DNA of 64,000 bases, from assembly GCA_947494155.1 (NCBI GenBank), contig CANLTW010000001.1, positions 13,524 to 77,523 of the forward strand. Direction: 5' to 3'. Both the position numbers and the translations under genes were made by a program. Shown piece by piece: positions 57,132 to 64,000 of the stretch. Within the stretch, counting starts at the first letter, position 1, and every line of letters starts with the position of its first letter. The notes under the pieces are model-generated. The model searched no databases. It was not told where the DNA came from and saw only the letters and a list, made by a program, of their open reading frames with translations. This stretch comes from Chlamydiota bacterium. GTDB taxonomy: Bacteria > Chlamydiota > Chlamydiia > Chlamydiales > RGXB01.

Positions 57132-60110
57132 ATGATTTTCGACCTTTTAAAACGGATATTTGGCACACAGCAGACTCGCATGGTCCGCAAGTACTTCAAA
57201 ATTGTTCAAAAGATCAATAAAGAAGAAGAGAAACTCCAACCTCTTTCCGATGAGGCGATCCGCTCTAAAACAGCCGAGTTTAGAGCCCGTTTAGAAAAGG
57301 GCGAGACGACCGATGATCTTATGGTTGAGGCTTACGCCGTTGTGAAAAACGTCTGCCGCCGTCTTGTAGGGACCGATGTTCATGTATCAGGATACGATCA
57401 AAAATGGGATATGATCCCCTACGATGTGCAGCTTGTGGGGGCGATTGCAATGCACCATCAAACGATTTGCGAAATGCAAACAGGGGAAGGAAAAACGCTC
57501 ACCGCCTCCATGCCTGCTTACTTGCATGGCCTTACGGGGAAGGGTGTGCACGTTGTAACCGTAAACGACTATCTGGCTAAAAGGGACTGTCAATGGATTG
57601 GCGTCATCTTTAGATGGCTTGGATTAGATGTTCGCGCATTGACAAACGAAACCTCTCCTATGGAAAAACAAGATACGTACAACGCCGATATCATTTATGG
57701 TACCGCTTCTGAATTCGGATTTGATTATCTCAGAGACAACTCTATGGCCCAAGATGTAGAGGAGCAGTGCCAGCGCAAACACTATTTTGCCATCATCGAC
57801 GAGGTCGATTCGATCCTTATCGACGAGGCGAGGACCCCACTCATTATCTCTGGTCCAGCTGGAGAGACGCGTCAGATGTACGATGAATTAAAAGAGGATG
57901 TCAACGACCTCGTAGCGCTGCAAAAAAGGTACTGCAACACTTTGGCCGAACAGGCTAGAACCATTTTAGACAAAATGGGTCTTTTCAAAGATTTAGAAGA
58001 GCAACCGAAGCTTACAAAAGAGCAAACGAAGCTGAAAAATGAGGCGATTCGCCTCCTTTGGAAGGTCTCTAAAGGGGTCCCCACCAATAAAATTTTATGC
58101 CAGGCAAAAGAGCTCCCTGACATCCGTGCCGACTTAGAAAATCTGGAAACCTATTTGCATGCTGAAGTCAATAAAGAGGAAAAAATCGAGCTCTTAACCG
58201 ACCTTTACCTGATTATCGATGAGAGATCGAATGATTTCGAGTTGACCGATAAAGGGATTCACGCCTGGAAAGGGGGAGCCGAAGACTTCACCCTTGTTGA
58301 CCTCACAGAAGTTTTTCAAAACATCGATGAGATGCCCCTCTCAGAAGAGGAAAAAATGAAGGAGCGGGTGAAAGTACGTGAAGAGGACTCTTTGAAAAAA
58401 GAGCGCGCTCACAACTTGCGTCAGCTTTTCCGAGCCCATTTGACGATGGAAAAAGATGTGGATTATATCGTTCAGGAAAAAAAGGTCATCATTATTGATG
58501 AAAACACGGGCCGTCCGCAGCCGGGTCGCCGTTTTTCTGATGGATTGCATCAGGCAATAGAAGCAAAAGAGAATCTACCCGTCCAAAGAGAAACACAGAC
58601 CTACGCAACTATCACTTTGCAAAACTACTTCAGGATGTACGAGCGGCTTGCAGGGATGACTGGTACTGCAATGACCGAAGCGACCGAATTTAAACAGATT
58701 TATAACCTCGAAGTTTTGCAGATCCCCACCAATCGGCCTAACCAAAGAGCCGATGCCGATGACGAAATTTACATGACCGAAAGGGAAAAATTCCAGGCGA
58801 TCCTCAAGGACATTCAGGAAAAACATAAAATCGGACGCCCGGTACTTGTGGGTACGGAGACTGTTGAGGCATCAGAGAAATTTTCCAGAATTTTACAACA
58901 AGCCGGTTTGCCACATCACGTGTTAAATGCAAAACAGCCCGAAAAAGAGGCTGAAATTATTGCGATGGCGGGGCAAAAAGGGGCAATCACCGTCTCCACC
59001 AATATGGCAGGACGGGGAACCGATATCAAGCTGACCAAAGAGGTGGAATCTTTTGGTGGGCTCCATGTCGTGGGAACGACCCGTCACCAATCACGCCGTA
59101 TCGATAGACAGCTTCGTGGTAGATCGGGGCGTCAAGGAGATAAAGGGAGCTCTAAGTTTTACGTCTCTTTTGAAGATCCTCTGATGCGTCTGTTCACCTC
59201 CCCGAAATTGAGTCAGTTTCTGGTTCGCTTCCGTCCTCCTGAAGGGGAAGCTATTACCGGAGGGTTGATCAATCGCTCGATCGAAACAGCTCAAAAAAGG
59301 GTCGAACAGAGAAACTATGCGATCCGCAAACACACTCTCGAGTATGACGACGTGATGAATTTGCAACGTCAAGAGGTGTATGCTTTCCGGAACGACATCT
59401 TGAAAAATCCTAACCCTTTTTCTATCGGGAAAAAAGTTCTTGAGGGAGTTTGCTCCATTTTGGTCGAAAAAGAGTTTAAAGAGACTCCACGAATCGATGC
59501 AGACAAGATGCGAAAATTTCAAGAGACCGTTTTTGCTCATATGCCGATTCGTTTTACCGAGGAAGAAATCGAAGCACGATACGAATCCATTCAAGAACTT
59601 GAGGCCCTTTTTGTCAAAAAAGCGGTCGATATGTACGTAAAAAAACTTGACCATGAAGCAAAAATGATTGCCATGATTCAAACAGCAGCCGGTAAACAAG
59701 TGGAGCCCCGCTCGGTTTTACAGGGTGTTTTGCGAAATGTTTTTATACGCAACATCGATCATCTATGGCAACAACATCTTCTTTCAATCGATCATTTGCG
59801 TACCGAGGTTGGTCTATTGACTATTGCGCAAAAAGACCCTCTCTTAGAGTTCAAGCATGAAGCCTTCCGCCTCTTCCTGCTTTTCCGCGAAGACCTTTAT
59901 CAGGAAATTACTCATGCTATTTTTTCCATGCAAATGATGTTGCCGAATTCGGAAAAACTCTTGCAAAGTTTGAAGACCATCTCCATTCGAGAAATGCCCG
60001 GTTTTATTTCGAGCCAAAATTTGGAAACTATTGATGTTTTGATGGAACCGCATGCCTTTAAGCAACCCTCTCACCCGAAAATCGTAGAGCTTGAAACGGC
60101 ACATCCCTGA
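57132..60110 (+). CDS. secA: preprotein translocase ATPase SecA
   Basis: MQTGEGKTL, IIDEVDSILIDEARTPLIISG and TNMAGRGTDI; 992 aa. Confidence 0.98.
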   Translation: MIFDLLKRIFGTQQTRMVRKYFKIVQKINKEEEKLQPLSDEAIRSKTAEFRARLEKGETTDDLMVEAYAVVKNVCRRLVGTDVHVSGYDQKWDMIPYDVQLVGAIAMHHQTICEMQTGEGKTLTASMPAYLHGLTGKGVHVVTVNDYLAKRDCQWIGVIFRWLGLDVRALTNETSPMEKQDTYNADIIYGTASEFGFDYLRDNSMAQDVEEQCQRKHYFAIIDEVDSILIDEARTPLIISGPAGETRQMYDELKEDVNDLVALQKRYCNTLAEQARTILDKMGLFKDLEEQPKLTKEQTKLKNEAIRLLWKVSKGVPTNKILCQAKELPDIRADLENLETYLHAEVNKEEKIELLTDLYLIIDERSNDFELTDKGIHAWKGGAEDFTLVDLTEVFQNIDEMPLSEEEKMKERVKVREEDSLKKERAHNLRQLFRAHLTMEKDVDYIVQEKKVIIIDENTGRPQPGRRFSDGLHQAIEAKENLPVQRETQTYATITLQNYFRMYERLAGMTGTAMTEATEFKQIYNLEVLQIPTNRPNQRADADDEIYMTEREKFQAILKDIQEKHKIGRPVLVGTETVEASEKFSRILQQAGLPHHVLNAKQPEKEAEIIAMAGQKGAITVSTNMAGRGTDIKLTKEVESFGGLHVVGTTRHQSRRIDRQLRGRSGRQGDKGSSKFYVSFEDPLMRLFTSPKLSQFLVRFRPPEGEAITGGLINRSIETAQKRVEQRNYAIRKHTLEYDDVMNLQRQEVYAFRNDILKNPNPFSIGKKVLEGVCSILVEKEFKETPRIDADKMRKFQETVFAHMPIRFTEEEIEARYESIQELEALFVKKAVDMYVKKLDHEAKMIAMIQTAAGKQVEPRSVLQGVLRNVFIRNIDHLWQQHLLSIDHLRTEVGLLTIAQKDPLLEFKHEAFRLFLLFREDLYQEITHAIFSMQMMLPNSEKLLQSLKTISIREMPGFISSQNLETIDVLMEPHAFKQPSHPKIVELETAHP

Positions 60111-60861
60111 ACAAATTTCCCCAATAGATCTCTTTTTATCCTTTTTTAAAAAGAGATCTATTCAATCAGATGCCTTGATCTCTAAGTATTCTTGCCTGTT
60201 CTTCCTTTTTTTACCCTATGCATCGGCTGCAGGATCCAGAATACCGACAGAAATCAATGAGCGAAACATTTTCTGCAAATCACCCGAAATTTTTGTAGTG
60301 GAGAATTTTGCTGACGATACCCTTTGTGAACATCTTGTGCGTGTAGCACTACCTCATCTGAAGCATTCTACAGTTGTGGATTTGACGGGAAAATCGCACG
60401 GAGTGATCGATTCCGGCCGCACAAGTAGCGGTATGTATTTTCCCCCGATGCTGCAGGATAAACACATCGATCATCTTGAAAAAAAAATTGCTCAGCTCAC
60501 CTCCCTTCCACAAAAAAATGGGGAATGGATCCAGGTATTGCGTTATAAACCTTCACAGGAGTACCGCCCCCATTACGATTTCTTCGATCCGCAAACACTT
60601 GGGGGATTAGAGACGCTCAAGCGGGGGGGACAACGCGTAGTGACATGTATTTTGTATCTGAAGGAACCTCTTGTTGGTGGAGAGACTGTTTTTCCCCTTC
60701 TTGGGGTCTCTATTCCCCCAAAAAAAGGATCTTTACTTGTTTTCTACAATTGCGATGAAAAAGGTCAAGTGTTCTACGAAACACTTCACGGGGGCGCGCC
60801 TGTTATAGAGGGGGAAAAATGGATTGCCACCAAGTGGATACGGCAAAAAACTTTTCACTAA
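60091..60861 (+). CDS. prolyl 4-hydroxylase-type 2-oxoglutarate/Fe(II) dioxygenase with hydrophobic (signal-like) N-terminus
   Basis: HxD PHYDFF, distal His TLHGGAPV and 2OG-binding KWIATKWIR. The start is uncertain: TTG at 60091 overlaps secA, while an alternative TTG at 60175 gives the signal-like ISKYSCLFFLFLPYASAAG. Confidence 0.8.
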   Translation: MKRHIPEQISPIDLFLSFFKKRSIQSDALISKYSCLFFLFLPYASAAGSRIPTEINERNIFCKSPEIFVVENFADDTLCEHLVRVALPHLKHSTVVDLTGKSHGVIDSGRTSSGMYFPPMLQDKHIDHLEKKIAQLTSLPQKNGEWIQVLRYKPSQEYRPHYDFFDPQTLGGLETLKRGGQRVVTCILYLKEPLVGGETVFPLLGVSIPPKKGSLLVFYNCDEKGQVFYETLHGGAPVIEGEKWIATKWIRQKTFH

Positions 60862-60934
60862 CACTTTAAAGATATTGAAAAGACAAGCGGGCTCTGGTAT
60901 ACACTTAAACATATTTAAAGAGTTTGTTTGACTT

Positions 60935-62974
60935 ATGGCGTCCAACAGTTTGTCCTCCCGATTTATCGGATTTTTGCCGTTTCTTTTTCTCTTTACCTAT
61001 TGTTTTGCAGATCCGCAGCAGGTTGTGATAGTCAGTTACGCAGAATCGGATGCAAACGGCTACCTTACAACTGCAGGCACCTGTAGCGGTATAGCTCGTG
61101 CAAATTATTTTCCCGGGTACCTTTCTGGCACAACCCCATTAAATCTTTATGGACCACCCATAGCACTTTATGGTGCACGCCAAACCGCAGACAACCCTGG
61201 GCCAAACGTGATTCAATCTCTCATCCCCACCTCAAGATCCTTTAAAGTGCCTCTTCATCTAGGATACGATAGTGGATCTCCGGCAGATTTGGCAGATGAG
61301 ATTTTATCAAACACACTCTACAGCGGAAAAACAGTATTTATCGTATGGGACTATGATGCTATTCCTAGTTTGATCAATGCCTTTGGCTACAGCTCCCCAG
61401 CCGCCCCAAATCCAGTAGCCTATAACAGAACCTACATTTTACAATTTCCCATTAACTCTCCTTTTCCACTCACTCTATGCCAAAGTTTAAACACTTGCGA
61501 TAGCGGATGTACCCCCCCGCCACCTCCACCTCCATCGCCTCCTCCAGCCCCCCCATCGCCACCTGCACCCACACCTTTACCTAATCCCCCTCCTCCTATA
61601 ACCGATTATCTACCCATTACTTTTGTAGATCCCAATTCCGCTAGTTTTGATACTTGGGCGGTAATTACAGGTAAAGTTCCTGTCGCGTCAGGTCTAACTC
61701 CTACACAAGCCTGTTTTGTAAAGATAGACACTAACACTGGCATAGGGACAAGAAGCAACACGACAGCATCAAGCAATTCCTCTGAATATGCTTTCAAAAT
61801 AAAGGACCTTCCCACACTAAACGGAAACCGGTATCTCTACTTACCCTATCTTGACTCCGGAGAAATCTATTTTTCGATTGGCGCCCTTGGTGATGATGAC
61901 CCAAAATGGGCTGTTAAGCTGGATGTCGAATCAACTGGTGGATATGATTTTAAAAAAATTGAACCACTAGATGTAAATAAACAATACTATAACCTTCTAT
62001 TTGATAAGGCTCTTTGTGCTTTTTTACCCACAGGGCAAAACAGCCAATTCTATGTGAGTGCGGTAGATTTTTTTGGTCTGCCTATGTATGTGGAGCTCTT
62101 TCTTGCAAAACCTACATCGAGTAGCGCCAGTCAAAACTGCGGGTTTTGGCAAAGCAGATCCTCTTGTTTTACCGCTTTTGAAAGAATTTTAAAATCTGCA
62201 TATGATCAAACAACCCTAGACAAATGGGGTAATTTGTTTATTAATGCTTCTTCTGGAGGTACGACAGTCAACTTAAGACTTTCTTCCACACAACTAGCCA
62301 TGACTTATTCCTCATCAACTCCCATTTTTCCTAAAACTTACTTATCTGATTCTACTCTTTTCATAGAACCTTTTGATTGGACCGATAAAGTGTGGAAAAC
62401 ATTTTACCAATCTAATGGTTCGAATAAACTTTTTATCGACTGCTCAGGTGTCTCACCCCCTTATAATATCCCCATGTCTGGCTCAACAGCCACTACCCCC
62501 CCTTACAGTTTTGATTTCCAATACACCTCTGGTACAGTCACTTTATCCTCTTCACTTAAACTTCCCACTGACTCCTATGGATTTTTTTCGGGTGATTACA
62601 GTGCGTTTGATGCAATTACAGATGTCCAAAAAGAATTGGTAGATAACCTCACTGCAGCGTTTAGTAGCGGACTTCTTCCGGTTGATGGTGCAAGTCAGAC
62701 GCTCAATAGCGCTTTTTTTCAGGCAAACCAAGCCAGTTTCTACACAAATACTTTTATACAGACGGCATTCCCCTCTCAGTCGGGACCCTTCTATGACCTT
62801 TACGCAAAAGCAATCCATCAGGCTTTTTCTACCAATCAACCCCAAATTTATGCGTTCAAAAACGATGACCTTTTAGGATTTGTCGGCAAAACCACATTTG
62901 ACACGATAGAAGACGCTTATATTACCCTTACATTTGGTAGTCTCGAAGGACAAACTTTAGTCTACCCTCCGTAA
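60935..62974 (+). CDS. secreted multidomain protein: N-domain, polyproline linker, C-terminal possible GH64/thaumatin-like domain
   Basis: Signal-like FIGFLPFLFLFTYCFA; the Pro tract is listed as a separate feature. The C-half pattern GNRYLYLPYLDSGEIYFSIG ... FDKALCAF...FYVSAVDFFGLPMYVEL resembles GH64 beta-1,3-glucanase blocks from memory. Confidence 0.65.
   Translation: MASNSLSSRFIGFLPFLFLFTYCFADPQQVVIVSYAESDANGYLTTAGTCSGIARANYFPGYLSGTTPLNLYGPPIALYGARQTADNPGPNVIQSLIPTSRSFKVPLHLGYDSGSPADLADEILSNTLYSGKTVFIVWDYDAIPSLINAFGYSSPAAPNPVAYNRTYILQFPINSPFPLTLCQSLNTCDSGCTPPPPPPPSPPPAPPSPPAPTPLPNPPPPITDYLPITFVDPNSASFDTWAVITGKVPVASGLTPTQACFVKIDTNTGIGTRSNTTASSNSSEYAFKIKDLPTLNGNRYLYLPYLDSGEIYFSIGALGDDDPKWAVKLDVESTGGYDFKKIEPLDVNKQYYNLLFDKALCAFLPTGQNSQFYVSAVDFFGLPMYVELFLAKPTSSSASQNCGFWQSRSSCFTAFERILKSAYDQTTLDKWGNLFINASSGGTTVNLRLSSTQLAMTYSSSTPIFPKTYLSDSTLFIEPFDWTDKVWKTFYQSNGSNKLFIDCSGVSPPYNIPMSGSTATTPPYSFDFQYTSGTVTLSSSLKLPTDSYGFFSGDYSAFDAITDVQKELVDNLTAAFSSGLLPVDGASQTLNSAFFQANQASFYTNTFIQTAFPSQSGPFYDLYAKAIHQAFSTNQPQIYAFKNDDLLGFVGKTTFDTIEDAYITLTFGSLEGQTLVYPP
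61511..61597 (+). other. polyproline / extensin-like tract within the 60935-62974 CDS
   Basis: TPPPPPPPSPPPAPPSPPAPTPLPNPPPP has 21 Pro in 29 residues, encoded by mixed CCC/CCG/CCA/CCT codons. Confidence 0.95.
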
Positions 62975-63150
62975 AATAGCAAAAACTAACTAAAGGTGAT
63001 TTGAAAAAAGACTACAATAAATCTATAAAAGGGAAAATAACCCCCCTATTTTTTTGAAGATGTTCGGTAATCTCTGGAATAAAAAAATAAAACAGGCCAT
63101 ATGAAGGTAGAAGTAGCAAAAAAACTTTTTGTTCGAGGTCAAGATCACCC

Positions 63151-64000
63151 ATGAAAAAAAATCCGGTCCCAGGGATTTACCTTTTTATTTTTTCTTTTTT
63201 TCCCATTTTATGTGCCGAAAATAGTCTTACAAATATTGAACTTGAGGGAGAATTTCTCTACTGGACAGCATACCAAAACGATTTTGGTTGTGCCACCCAC
63301 TCTACACCGGTTTTTACCACAACGGATTTTCTTTTAAATCGGATTGACAAACCCACCTATTCCTGGCGGCCAGGCTATAGATTAAGCGGATATTATGATG
63401 TTTTTTTTGGGGAAGTGGGGGCAAGATTTACCTCCTACCAAGGGGCGTTGAACGAGAGGTATGGAACCTCAGCTTTAGAGGGGTTTTACCCCCTTTTCAC
63501 ACTATGGAACGATAAATTACCAAGCGATTACACACGCTTTTCCTCCATAAAAGGGGCAATCGATCTTTGGAGTATCGATGCATATGCCCTATTCAATCTT
63601 TTAAGTGAGGATATCCTTATATATCCGAAAATTGGAGTAAGAAATTTGTGGCTTAACCAAAGCTACGATGTTACGTATGACGGGGGGACTTTTGCAGCAG
63701 GCACCGATATCCTCTTTCGCTCATCCAAGTTTTATGGTGTAGGACCTCAAGCGGGATTAACCGGTTTCTTGCAGCTTTTCGGAAATTTCTTTTTGACAGG
63801 GGAAGCTTTGGGAACATGGTATGCCGGTACCTTCAAAGATTTTCAATCCGAAACTTTTTTAGATCGAACGCTTACTGATCAAAAACTTACCCAAACCTAC
63901 AGCCGGTTTAGCCTAGACTTGCAAGGGGGCCTTGAATGGGCGGGGAGTTTTTTTGATGACCGTTTTTTAGTGGGTATAACGGTAGGGGGGGACTGGATTT
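63151..64000 (+). CDS. MOMP-like outer-membrane beta-barrel protein, paralog 4; 3' end lies outside the window
   Basis: Hand translation from the ATG at 63151 stays open to the window end. Signal-like IYLFIFSFFPILCA. LEGEFLYW and FYGVGPQAGLTGF match motifs of the 27992-31319 porins. Confidence 0.65.
   Translation, partial: MKKNPVPGIYLFIFSFFPILCAENSLTNIELEGEFLYWTAYQNDFGCATHSTPVFTTTDFLLNRIDKPTYSWRPGYRLSGYYDVFFGEVGARFTSYQGALNERYGTSALEGFYPLFTLWNDKLPSDYTRFSSIKGAIDLWSIDAYALFNLLSEDILIYPKIGVRNLWLNQSYDVTYDGGTFAAGTDILFRSSKFYGVGPQAGLTGFLQLFGNFFLTGEALGTWYAGTFKDFQSETFLDRTLTDQKLTQTYSRFSLDLQGGLEWAGSFFDDRFLVGITVGGDWI

Overview
Densely coding 64-kb chromosomal window. Gene content and order point to the phylum Chlamydiota, most likely an environmental, amoeba-associated lineage (Simkania/Waddlia/Parachlamydia-like). 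This is an inference from content; no search was run. Supporting signs are a partial type III secretion cluster (sctJ, an orphan ORF, sctL-R-S-T), four MOMP-like beta-barrel porin paralogs, a roughly 1050-aa PBP2 plus a SEDS protein, an rpsL-rpsG-fusA-rpsJ operon without tufA, sufBCDS, and several eukaryote-like proteins. Housekeeping genes include rplU-rpmA-obg, rpsB-tsf-pyrH-frr, secA, ruvCA, mnmE, nth, psd, gpsA, nnr, kdsB, glgP, a PiT/DUF47 phosphate pair, gpmA, rluB and birA, plus four tRNAs (Phe-GAA, Lys-UUU, Glu-UUC, Gly-UCC). No rRNA, CRISPR array, transposase or integrase was seen. The most interesting loci follow. (1) An exported prolyl 4-hydroxylase lies directly upstream of a secreted protein with an extensin-like polyproline tract and a possible GH64/thaumatin-like domain. 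(2) A 1.7-kb AT-rich islet at tRNA-Phe is bounded by perfect 65-bp direct repeats and carries a glycosyltransferase-like gene. (3) A Bcs1-like cytidylyltransferase-SDR fusion may act as a CDP-ribitol synthase. (4) Several apparently catalytically degenerate homologs are present (NifS/NifU pair, McsB, PP2C), along with a divergent non-RD Ser/Thr kinase. All functional calls come from motif recognition by eye and need HMM or BLAST confirmation.
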